In this document: one piece after another, positions 24,282 through 32,000 of the stretch
Position numbering within the stretch: position 1 is the first letter of the stretch
Layout: every line of letters begins with the position of its first letter
NCBI RefSeq assembly: GCF_000020385.1
Contig: NC_010814.1
Location: forward strand, 3,480,001 to 3,512,000
From: Trichlorobacter lovleyi SZ
Lineage (GTDB): Bacteria; Desulfobacterota; Desulfuromonadia; Geobacterales; Pseudopelobacteraceae
Direction: 5' to 3'
DNA length: 32,000 bases
Program-made: the position numbers and the translations under genes
Notes under the pieces: model-generated
The model's database searches: none
The model's input: only the letters and a program-made list of their open reading frames with translations
What the model was told of the DNA's origin: nothing

Positions 24282-26005
24282 GCCCCCTCTACGAACATCT
24301 GAACCAGCCGGAAGGACACTGGCTGCGGGACAGCATGCTGTTGTTGATCCTGTTTGGTTTTCTCTTCCTCGCCGGCCTCGGATCAGCACCACTGATTGAT
24401 CCGGATGAGGGGCGCTATGCCGAGATCCCCCGCGAAATGCTGGTCCGGGGTGACTTTGTTACGCCCACACTTAATTATGTCAAATACTTTGAAAAGCCTC
24501 CTCTACTGTACTGGGTTAATGCCGGTTCCATGGCGCTCTTCGGCCAGAATGAGTTTGCCGCCCGGCTCCCCTCAGCCCTGTCCGGGCTTTTTACGGTCCT
24601 GCTGACCTACCTTGCGGGGCGTCGCTTATTCAGCAGGCGCATAGCACTGATCGGCGCATTAATCCTGGGCAGCTGTGCGGCCTTCCTGCTCCAGTCACGC
24701 ATCATTCTGACAGACATGCTGTTAACCCTGTGCCTTTCGGCAGCCCTGTTCAGTTTTCTGCTTGCTGTCCGCAGCAGCCTGCGCCATCGCACGAACCTCT
24801 ACCGTCTGTTCTTTATCTGTTGCGGACTGGCGGTGCTGACCAAAGGTTTGATCGGCATTGTGCTGCCAGGAGGAATCATTTTCTGGTATCTGCTGCTGAG
24901 CAGACGCTGGCACCTGCTGAAGGAAATCCCCTGGTTCTCCGGCATGTTACTTTTTTCCCTGGTCACCGTGCCATGGTTCCTGCTGGTTTCACAGGCAAAT
25001 CCGGAGTTCCCGCATTTTTTCTTTATCAGGGAGCACTTCCAGCGCTACACCAGCACCATCCATCGCCGCAGCCAGCCGTTCTGGTTCTTTCTGCCGATCC
25101 TGCTGCTGACCATGCTACCCTGGTCTTTTTTCCTGCCGGGCAGCTTCACCAAAGCCTGGCAGCAACGCCACAACAACAGAGGAACCACCCTCTTTCTGTT
25201 ACTCTGGCCGCTGGTTATCATCCTGTTTTTTTCACTGTCCAGCTCCAAGCTGATCCCGTATATCCTGCCGACCTTCCCCCCATTGGCACTGTTACTGGCC
25301 CACAGGATCACGGCCCACTGGCACACCCGCAGACCTGACTACACAACCGCGCAGGCAACGCTTGCAGCCCTACTGCTCTTGCTTGGTGCAGCTCTGGCCA
25401 TACTGCCACTGCTGACCTGGCTCCCGCCGCTGCTGCATGCAAGCGGTCAAACCGGCCGGGATCTGGCTGCCATGCTGAGCGGCCCTGCACCGGTACTGAC
25501 CCTGCGCCAGACCCTGCTGCCCGGCAGCCTGCTGGTTATCTTCGGCCTGCTGCTGCTCTGGAGCATCCGCACCCGTTCCACTCTGCTGCTGATAGGGCTA
25601 CTCTGTTGTTTCGGCATCCTGCTTGATCTGCTGCTTCCCTGGGCCTTTACCCGCTACGGTGCTGAACGACTCTCGTCACGCAGCCTGGCCAAGGCTGCCC
25701 TGCAGCAGAGCGGACCGGATACGGTTCTGGCTCAAAGCGGGCCGCGTCAGGGGATGAACTTTTACACCGGCAAACGCCTGATCACTGTAGGTGATGCTGA
25801 TGAACTGACCTTCGGCAGCAGCCAGGGCAACCAGTCCGGCTGGTTCCTTTCCCAGGAGCAGTTCATGGAGCTTTGGCGTTCAAACCGTCAGGTCATGATT
25901 GTTATTCCCCGCCATGAGGCAAGCCGGTATGATGCAGCCCCATCCGGGCCATCGCCCCGTACTCTGGCAGACAACGGGGCGTTGCTGTTGTTGTCCAACC
26001 GCTGA
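24278..26005 (+). CDS. Polytopic membrane glycosyltransferase, ArnT/PMT-like (GT39/GT83)
   Basis: 575 aa and very hydrophobic. The N-terminal loop motif is DPDEGRYAEIPREMLVRGDFVTPTLNYVKYFEKPPLLYW. Its ATG overlaps the U32 stop (ATGA). Confidence 0.85.
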   Translation: MSPLYEHLNQPEGHWLRDSMLLLILFGFLFLAGLGSAPLIDPDEGRYAEIPREMLVRGDFVTPTLNYVKYFEKPPLLYWVNAGSMALFGQNEFAARLPSALSGLFTVLLTYLAGRRLFSRRIALIGALILGSCAAFLLQSRIILTDMLLTLCLSAALFSFLLAVRSSLRHRTNLYRLFFICCGLAVLTKGLIGIVLPGGIIFWYLLLSRRWHLLKEIPWFSGMLLFSLVTVPWFLLVSQANPEFPHFFFIREHFQRYTSTIHRRSQPFWFFLPILLLTMLPWSFFLPGSFTKAWQQRHNNRGTTLFLLLWPLVIILFFSLSSSKLIPYILPTFPPLALLLAHRITAHWHTRRPDYTTAQATLAALLLLLGAALAILPLLTWLPPLLHASGQTGRDLAAMLSGPAPVLTLRQTLLPGSLLVIFGLLLLWSIRTRSTLLLIGLLCCFGILLDLLLPWAFTRYGAERLSSRSLAKAALQQSGPDTVLAQSGPRQGMNFYTGKRLITVGDADELTFGSSQGNQSGWFLSQEQFMELWRSNRQVMIVIPRHEASRYDAAPSGPSPRTLADNGALLLLSNR

Positions 26006-26025
26006 TTGAAGGAGTATCTACCTGT

Positions 26026-27189
26026 ATGCGTGACACATTTCTACCCTTTTCAACCCCTTCACTGGGTGATGAGGAGATCAACGAGGTTGTTGATTCGCTC
26101 CGTTCCGGCTGGATTACCACCGGCCCCAAGGTCAAGCGTTTTGAAGACGACTTTAAGGCCTATGTCGGCGCTCCCTTTGCCGTACCGCTCAGTTCGGCCA
26201 CTGCCGGTCTGCACCTGACCCTGCTGGCACTGAAGATCAAGGAGGGTGACGAAATCATCACCACCCCGATGACCTTTGCCTCCACGGTCAGCATGATCAT
26301 ACTTGCCGGTGGTACACCGGTGCTGGCAGATATCGAGCCCGGCACCCTGAATATTGATGTGACCAAGGTCGCCGAAAAGATCACTCCCCGCACCCGCGCG
26401 GTGATTCCGGTCCACTTTGCCGGACAGTCCTGCGACCTTGACCCGCTGTTCAGCCTGGCCAGGCAGCATAACCTGACCATCATCGAAGATGCAGCCCATG
26501 CTGCCGGCACCGAATACAAAGGCCGGAAGATCGGCAGCCTTGACTCCATCTCGATCTTTTCGTTCCACCCCAACAAGAACATCACCACCGGCGAAGGGGG
26601 CATGGTCTGTACACTGGATGAAACCCTGGCTGAGGAGATTTCTTTGCTGAAATTCCACGGCATGAGCCGTGAGGCTTGGAAAAGGTTTGCGGCCAGCGGT
26701 ACCCCCAACTACGACATCATGCTGCCGGGCTACAAATACAACATGATGGACATTCAGGCAGCCATCGGACTGCATCAGCTGCCCCGCCTGGATGGCTTTA
26801 TTGATCGTCGCAAGGAGATTGCAGAGCTGTACAATACTGCCTTTGCCGATCTGGCGGAACTGGCGCTGCCTGCCTATGCGCCGTACCAGCAACGTCATGC
26901 CTGGCATCTTTATACGCCGCTGGTCAGGACCGAGTTGCTGACCATTGACCGGGACCGGTTCATGGCAGAGCTGAAAAATCTGAATATCGGCAGCGGACTG
27001 CATTACAAGGCGATCCACCATCACAGCTGGTACCGGGAAAATCTGCCGGTGGCCGATACGGAGCTGCCCAATGCCAGCTACGCCTCAGACCGGATTCTGT
27101 CGCTGCCGCTGTTCCCCGGCATGAGCGACAATGATGCCAATGACGTGATAGCCGCAGTGACCGACGTCATTACGCGGTTCAGGAGATAG
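26026..27189 (+). CDS. DegT/DnrJ/EryC1/StrS-family PLP aminotransferase (ArnB-like sugar aminotransferase)
   Basis: 387 aa opening MRDTFLPFSTPSLGDEEINEVVDSLRSGWITTGPKV. The PLP-lysine motif is SFHPNKNITTGEGG. Confidence 0.85.
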   Translation: MRDTFLPFSTPSLGDEEINEVVDSLRSGWITTGPKVKRFEDDFKAYVGAPFAVPLSSATAGLHLTLLALKIKEGDEIITTPMTFASTVSMIILAGGTPVLADIEPGTLNIDVTKVAEKITPRTRAVIPVHFAGQSCDLDPLFSLARQHNLTIIEDAAHAAGTEYKGRKIGSLDSISIFSFHPNKNITTGEGGMVCTLDETLAEEISLLKFHGMSREAWKRFAASGTPNYDIMLPGYKYNMMDIQAAIGLHQLPRLDGFIDRRKEIAELYNTAFADLAELALPAYAPYQQRHAWHLYTPLVRTELLTIDRDRFMAELKNLNIGSGLHYKAIHHHSWYRENLPVADTELPNASYASDRILSLPLFPGMSDNDANDVIAAVTDVITRFRR

Positions 27190-27191
27190 GC

Positions 27192-28562
27192 ATGTCCCAG
27201 GAGCAGATTCACAAACTCCCCCCCCAGAGCCTTGAGGCCGAGATGTCAATTCTGGGCGGTATCCTGATTGATAATGATGCCATCAACCGGGTGTTGGAGA
27301 TGCTGGAGCCGGAAGAGTTCTACCGGGAGGCGCATCGCAAGATCTTTGGTGCCATGCTGGAACTGTCGGACCGCCGGGAGCCCTGCGACCTGATCACGCT
27401 GACCGATGCCCTCAAACGTCGTGGCGATCTGGACAGCTGCGGCGGGGCGGCCTATCTGGCCACCCTGGTGGATTATGTCCCCACCGCCGCCAACATCACC
27501 TACTACTGCAAGATCGTAAAGGAAAAGGCACTCAACCGGCGTCTGATCACCATTGCAACCGATATCGCCACCCGTGGCTATGACGAGCAGGGTGATGTCA
27601 ATGAATCGCTGGATGAGGCCCAGAAGGCACTTTTCAGCCTGGCGGAAAACAAGCTGCGGCCGCAATACTATCCGGTCAAGGATGTTATTAAAGACACCTT
27701 CAAGATGTTGCAGACCCTGTATGAGAAGAAAGAGCAGATTACCGGCACCCCCACCGGCTACATCGACCTGGACCATATGACCGCCGGCCTGCAGCCCGGT
27801 GACCTGATCATCGTTGCAGCCCGACCTTCCATGGGTAAGACCACCCTGGCGTTGAACATCGCCAGCCACGCCAGCGCCGAGGCCAAGGAAAAGGTCGGTT
27901 CCGTTATCTTCTCTCTGGAAATGGGTAAAGAACAGCTGGTGATGCGCTTTCTCTCGTCACTGGCCCGGGTTGATGCAGGCCGGATGCGTACCGGTCACTT
28001 TCTGGACAGCGACTGGCCGAAGCTGCAGCGGGCTGCCGCCACCCTGCATAATGCCAACATCTTTATTGACGACACTCCGGCCATCAGCGTGCTGGAGCTG
28101 CGGGCCAAGGCCCGCCGTCTGAAGACGGAACATAACATCGGCCTGATCATCATTGACTACCTGCAGCTGATGCGGGCAGGTGCAAACCCGGAATCCCGCC
28201 AGCAGGAGATTTCGGAAATATCACGCTCACTCAAAGCCCTGGCAAAGGAGTTGAGCGTGCCGGTTGTGGCATTGTCACAGCTGAACCGTAGCCTGGAAAA
28301 CCGCAGTGACAAGCGCCCGATGATGAGCGACTTGCGTGAATCAGGCGCCATTGAACAGGATGCCGACGTAATCATGTTCGTCTACCGTGAGGCAGTCTAC
28401 TGTGAGCATTGCCGGAAAAAGGATGGTAGTTGCACCGCCAACCATGAGCGAAGCGCCGAGGTCATCATCGGCAAACAGCGTAACGGGCCGATCGGCACAG
28501 TAGAGCTGGCCTTTATGGGTGAACATACCAGATTTGAGAATCTGACCAAGGCCCAACAGTAA
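27192..28562 (+). CDS. dnaB: Replicative DNA helicase DnaB
   Basis: 456 aa with PPQSLEAEMSILGGILIDN at the N-terminus, Walker A AARPSMGKTT, and IIDYLQLM, SQLNRSLE and QRNGPIG motifs. SD AGGAGA precedes the ATG, 2 nt after the aminotransferase stop. Confidence 0.95.
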   Translation: MSQEQIHKLPPQSLEAEMSILGGILIDNDAINRVLEMLEPEEFYREAHRKIFGAMLELSDRREPCDLITLTDALKRRGDLDSCGGAAYLATLVDYVPTAANITYYCKIVKEKALNRRLITIATDIATRGYDEQGDVNESLDEAQKALFSLAENKLRPQYYPVKDVIKDTFKMLQTLYEKKEQITGTPTGYIDLDHMTAGLQPGDLIIVAARPSMGKTTLALNIASHASAEAKEKVGSVIFSLEMGKEQLVMRFLSSLARVDAGRMRTGHFLDSDWPKLQRAAATLHNANIFIDDTPAISVLELRAKARRLKTEHNIGLIIIDYLQLMRAGANPESRQQEISEISRSLKALAKELSVPVVALSQLNRSLENRSDKRPMMSDLRESGAIEQDADVIMFVYREAVYCEHCRKKDGSCTANHERSAEVIIGKQRNGPIGTVELAFMGEHTRFENLTKAQQ

Positions 28563-28566
28563 CAAC

Positions 28567-28599
28567 AAGGCCTGTATCGGGGATACCGATACAGGCCTT
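28567..28599. terminator. Bidirectional terminator between convergent dnaB and flgL
   Basis: AAGGCCTGTATCGG (28567-28580) pairs with CCGATACAGGCCTT (28586-28599), a perfect 14-bp stem with a 5-nt loop. Confidence 0.7.
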
Positions 28600-28632
28600 G
28601 TCTTTCAGGCAAATCAGCAATGCAACAAAACT

Positions 28633-29532
28633 CTACATATAGTCAAGCAACGACATCTGGCTAACCTTGGCGGTGGTTGAAAGAGTGGCCTCGAAGGCAA
28701 GTTGCTGCTGCTGCAGCTCCACTGCCAGTTTGGTATAATCTGCATTCTGAAGGTTAGCAACAACCCCCTGAATAACCGACTTGGTCGTCGTATTAAACTG
28801 CTGCATGGTTTTAATTCTGGTCAGCCTGCCGCCGACATCGGCAATCGCATTTTCTATCTGCTTGGCCCCATCCTCCATCTTGAGGGCGCCTGCCTCAATA
28901 TTTGCGGTATTATTGGTACTTACTGCGGTAATCAGGTTGTCAAGCTCAGTCAAAATATCCGTACTGCCATACTGATATGGCACCCCATTAGTCCCCTTAA
29001 GGACCCTGCCGCCGGTAATATTTATTGCCTGGGTTGAAGAGGTATTCAATTCAATATCGATCGAGGTGTCATTTCCGCTAAAAGTTGAACCGTTAAAAGG
29101 GGCCGTTGATGCATTATCGGTACCGGCAAAAACATACCGGTCATCAAGCTGGGTGTTGCCATAGTCAATCAGCTGTTGTTTATAGGTTTTCAGTTGACTC
29201 ACCGCATTATCGCGAACCGCAGTTATATCGGTGCCGTTGGTCAAGGTAGAGGTAAGCTTCTTGATCTCGGACAACGTTGCCGACATCCCTTCCAGGGCGG
29301 TTTCCGTGACCTTCAGCCAGGTGTTGGCCTTGGTCATGTTACTTGAATACTGTTCACCGGCTCGCAACTGATCAGCAAAATTCACCAGCTGCCGCGCCGC
29401 AATCGGATCGTCACTGGGGCGATTGTAGTTTTTTCCGGAGGCGATCTTTTCATTGATCTGGTCCAGAAGTGTCCGGGAATTTTGAAGGTTATAGAGCGAG
29501 TTTTGTGATGTAATATTGGGGGTGATCCGCAT
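28633..29532 (-). CDS. flgL: Flagellar hook-associated protein 3 (FlgL)
   Basis: The start is moved to the ATG at 29532, 6 nt after AAGGAG. The protein opens MRITPNITSQNSLYNLQNSRTLLDQINEKIASGKNYNRPSDDPIAA (flagellin-N-like) and ends ...LSTTAKVSQMSLLDYM. Confidence 0.85.
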   Translation of the reverse strand: MRITPNITSQNSLYNLQNSRTLLDQINEKIASGKNYNRPSDDPIAARQLVNFADQLRAGEQYSSNMTKANTWLKVTETALEGMSATLSEIKKLTSTLTNGTDITAVRDNAVSQLKTYKQQLIDYGNTQLDDRYVFAGTDNASTAPFNGSTFSGNDTSIDIELNTSSTQAINITGGRVLKGTNGVPYQYGSTDILTELDNLITAVSTNNTANIEAGALKMEDGAKQIENAIADVGGRLTRIKTMQQFNTTTKSVIQGVVANLQNADYTKLAVELQQQQLAFEATLSTTAKVSQMSLLDYM

Positions 29533-29543
29533 GGCGGTCTCCT

Positions 29544-30941
29544 TTAGCGCACCAGGTTGACGGCTATATCCAGCATATCGCCCGCCGTGGTAATCAGTTT
29601 TGCGCACGCCTGGTAAGAACGTTGATACTTCATCAAATCAGTCAGCTCTTCATCCAGCGACACCCCTGAATTGGAGTCCCGCAAGGTGTTAAGCTGCTTC
29701 ATGAATGCTGCATCCTGCTTGACAACTGTTGCCGCATTCTGTACGTCAAGGCCGACTTGTGCGACAAGCTTGTTGTAGTCATCGCTGTAGCCGTTTGTAC
29801 GATTCAACGTGGCCAGAGCCAGGGCATTGCGGTTGTCCCCTGTTGCGATCGGCAATGGACCTTGAGCTGCTGCCACCTTATTGATGTCGGTGAACGCCAG
29901 GGCCATGCTCTCTGCTGCTCCTGTGCTAACGGCTACCGGGGTAAAAAAGTTGTTTTGTGTGCTGTCCAGGCCATACCCGGCACTATGTACCGCATTGACC
30001 TGGTTAATCATGGTGAACGCAAGCGCATCCACCTCATCAAGGTACCCCTGCAGTGTTGTGTCGCGCATGGTGAGTGTGGCCCCAAGCTCACCGGTTGTGG
30101 GGGCAATGGTCGCTGCAGCACCACCCCCGGCAGGAGTCACCTGGACTGAAAGCCGGGCACTACCGTCCGGCAGGGTTGTGCCACTGTTCACCAGAGAAAA
30201 ACTACCGGCAGACGAGCCGCTGACCAGTGAGTAGGTACCGGTTGCATCAGTATAGCTGACATCCGTGGAGCCATCACTGTTTTCAGTAAAGCTGACCGCA
30301 AGTTTCTCCGAAAGCTGCCGCACCAGATAATCCCGTTGATCCCGCATTTCATTGGCATTGCCACTTACCAGCTCTGTCAACTTTATCTGACCGTTCAGCC
30401 GGGCAATGTCGGACAGCATGTTGTTCATTTCATCGGTCAGTGGTTGCAGGGACTCGTTCTGGGTCGTAATTGCATCGCTGACAGTGCCGGCAGCGTAATG
30501 AAACTGGTCAGCCAGGGCCTGCCCCTGATTGAGGACTGCCTGCCGCTCGGCATTGCCGCTCGGATTCACCGACAGGTCCTGCCAGGAACTGAAATAGTCG
30601 GAGATGGCTGCCCCCAGACCATCAAGTGCAACCTCATTAAAAATCGGCTCTATCTGCTGAAGTACCTCTGATTTTTTGGAATCGTAACCGGATGTAGTAC
30701 TTGCATTAACCAGCTGCTTCTGCAGTAGTGCATCATAGTACCGCTCAACGGCTGCGACGTTGACACCTGAACCCAGTGGAAAACCGTTGTGAGTGGAAGC
30801 CTCTGCAGTTTCAAGTACGATACGCTGGCGGGAATAACCGGGGGTGTTTACGTTGGCGATATTTTCACTCACCACCTCCGTAGCAACCTGGTATACCCTC
30901 ATACCGGTTGTGCCAATTTGTAGTACCGCGCTGAGTCCCAT
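29544..30941 (-). CDS. flgK: Flagellar hook-associated protein 1 (FlgK)
   Basis: 465 aa opening MGLSAVLQIGTTGMRVYQVATEVVSENIANVNTPGYSRQR and ending ...LMKYQRSYQACAKLITTAGDMLDIAVNLVR. Confidence 0.9.
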   Translation of the reverse strand: MGLSAVLQIGTTGMRVYQVATEVVSENIANVNTPGYSRQRIVLETAEASTHNGFPLGSGVNVAAVERYYDALLQKQLVNASTTSGYDSKKSEVLQQIEPIFNEVALDGLGAAISDYFSSWQDLSVNPSGNAERQAVLNQGQALADQFHYAAGTVSDAITTQNESLQPLTDEMNNMLSDIARLNGQIKLTELVSGNANEMRDQRDYLVRQLSEKLAVSFTENSDGSTDVSYTDATGTYSLVSGSSAGSFSLVNSGTTLPDGSARLSVQVTPAGGGAAATIAPTTGELGATLTMRDTTLQGYLDEVDALAFTMINQVNAVHSAGYGLDSTQNNFFTPVAVSTGAAESMALAFTDINKVAAAQGPLPIATGDNRNALALATLNRTNGYSDDYNKLVAQVGLDVQNAATVVKQDAAFMKQLNTLRDSNSGVSLDEELTDLMKYQRSYQACAKLITTAGDMLDIAVNLVR

Positions 30942-30942
30942 C

Positions 30943-31440
30943 TCAGGCCTCCCTGTTGATCATGACCGCACCGCTTTGCGTGTTGTTGAGATAGGTTCCC
31001 CGCACCCCATAGGTATTCGAGGTATTCAGAATTCTTAAAATAAAGCTGAGCGATTCATTCACCACACCCAAAAAACGCTCCAGCATACCCCGATTCTGGT
31101 TTGCCACTACGGAAACCGCCGAACCGGTCTGTTTCACAGCCTGCTGCAACGGCTCAACCCGCGCCCTCATGGACGCCGGCATTTTTTCCAGCATCTCGCT
31201 CAACGTTACCGAGGGAGGCATACCAAGCTGACCCGCTGTCTCCGTCAAGGCTGCACGCAGGTTTTCCGCAATTGTGCGTTGCCGCGCGATTAACAGCTCC
31301 TTTTGGTTGTTCAGCACCTCCATCAGCGGGGTGTCAAGGTTCGCAATTGCTTTTTGCTCATCATTGAGCGTCTTTTGAAGTTCATTCAGGACCATTAACT
31401 GTTCCGATAAAATATCAGTCAAACGGTTCGCTGTTGCCAT
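30943..31440 (-). CDS. flgN: FlgN-family flagellar export chaperone
   Basis: The start is moved to the ATG at 31440 with GAGGAG upstream. The protein opens MATANRLTDILSEQLMVLNELQKTLNDEQKAIANLD... and is helical. Its position directly upstream of flgK-flgL fits this call. Confidence 0.7.
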   Translation of the reverse strand: MATANRLTDILSEQLMVLNELQKTLNDEQKAIANLDTPLMEVLNNQKELLIARQRTIAENLRAALTETAGQLGMPPSVTLSEMLEKMPASMRARVEPLQQAVKQTGSAVSVVANQNRGMLERFLGVVNESLSFILRILNTSNTYGVRGTYLNNTQSGAVMINREA

Positions 31441-31441
31441 G

Positions 31442-31828
31442 TTACTGCTCCTCACCTGCCGTCCCGCCCCCTTTTTTCTGAGCTGGAACGGCATAACGTT
31501 TCAACAACTCTTTTTCCACCATCGAGGCAATACTGTTGGTCCCACCCCGTTTGGCTGCGGCGGCGGCATACTCCTGATCAAGCATATAACGATAGGTTTC
31601 TTCCGCTTTGCCGCCACCGGTCAGCTTGTCTTCCGGCACCGTAGCCCGCATTGATTTGAGCATCATACCGGTAAAAAGCGCTTCAAAATCCTGAGAGATC
31701 TTTTTCAACTTCTTTCGCTCGGCATCAGTAAGCTGATGAGCCGACAGCTTGGCCCGTGAGCCCAGCTGCTCTGCCTGTTTGTCCTGCACCAGCAGATCCG
31801 GTGCTATGGTCAGTGTACTGTCCATCAT
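31442..31828 (-). CDS. Flagellar rod-binding protein (FlgJ N-terminal domain only, no muramidase domain)
   Basis: 128 aa. The rod-binding motif is ISQDFEALFTGMMLKSMRATVP...YRYMLDQEYAAAAAKRGG.GIASMV. The gene follows flgI. Confidence 0.75.
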   Translation of the reverse strand: MMDSTLTIAPDLLVQDKQAEQLGSRAKLSAHQLTDAERKKLKKISQDFEALFTGMMLKSMRATVPEDKLTGGGKAEETYRYMLDQEYAAAAAKRGGTNSIASMVEKELLKRYAVPAQKKGGGTAGEEQ

Positions 31829-31866
31829 AATTACCCTATCGGTCGTTCAGAGAGCTTCCTGAACAG

Positions 31867-32000
31867 TTAGATAATCACCAACTCTGCCTGCAGTGCTCCG
31901 GCAGCCTTGATCGACTGCAAAATGGAGATCAGGTCACGTGGGGTAACCCCCAGCAGGTTCAGCCCCCGGACGACGTCGCCGATCGTATTCCCATCCGGCA
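31867..32000 (-). CDS. flgI: Flagellar P-ring protein FlgI (C-terminal 44 codons; the rest is outside the window)
   Basis: My minus-strand translation reads PDGNTIGDVVRGLNLLGVTPRDLISILQSIKAAGALQAELVII*, the characteristic FlgI C-terminus. The stop TAA is at 31867-31869. Confidence 0.8.
   Translation of the reverse strand, partial: PDGNTIGDVVRGLNLLGVTPRDLISILQSIKAAGALQAELVII

Noticed and set aside
26059-27024. 321-aa minus-strand ORF, and a nested 182-aa ORF, antisense to the aminotransferase gene
   Set aside because: The plus-strand frame carries the DegT-family PLP-lysine motif. The antisense product has no recognisable features.
31836-31843. Sigma-28-like -10 element (ACCGATAG on the minus strand) upstream of the rod-binding protein gene
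   Set aside because: No TAAA-type -35 element lies at the required ~15-nt spacing, and the match overlaps the SD region.
1-32000. Scan for CRISPR arrays, IS or transposase genes, integrases, tRNA/rRNA genes and toxin-antitoxin pairs
   Set aside because: I found no regularly spaced short repeats, transposase- or integrase-like ORFs, or tRNA-like cloverleaf candidates in the intergenic regions. The only repeat families are those reported above.

Overview
This 32-kb chromosomal window is densely coding and looks like a Geobacter/Desulfuromonadales-type genome; that is inferred from gene content and motifs only, with no database search. I found no rRNA, tRNA, CRISPR array or mobile element. In window order: (1) a partial hisZ. 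(2) A lower-GC segment (about 990-5640) holding a secreted beta-propeller protein, a tandem array of three paralogous small coiled-coil genes of unknown family, and an abundant-type outer-membrane porin with a near-consensus promoter. (3) A roughly 9.5-kb minus-strand propionyl-CoA/methylmalonyl-CoA/succinyl-CoA module: XRE-cupin regulator, carboxyltransferase, an unusually long biotin carboxylase-BCCP fusion, B12 methylmalonyl-CoA mutase, MeaB and epimerase. (4) An orphan CCG-type Fe-S protein, then trmFO, topA, dprA, a LysM protein and a YbgF/CpoB-like TPR lipoprotein. (5) A plus-strand cluster of U32-family protein, ArnT-like GT, ArnB-like aminotransferase and dnaB. (6) A convergent flagellar block: partial flgI, rod-binding FlgJ-like, flgN-like, flgK and flgL. 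The best candidate for something undescribed is the terminator-bracketed unit at 994-3847. It holds three small coiled-coil paralogs sharing a near-identical 87-nt 3' module, one of them expanded by exactly three 11-residue repeats, followed by the secreted propeller protein. Several ORF-track starts were moved to internal start codons with better Shine-Dalgarno spacing. Long antisense ORFs were rejected as shadows.
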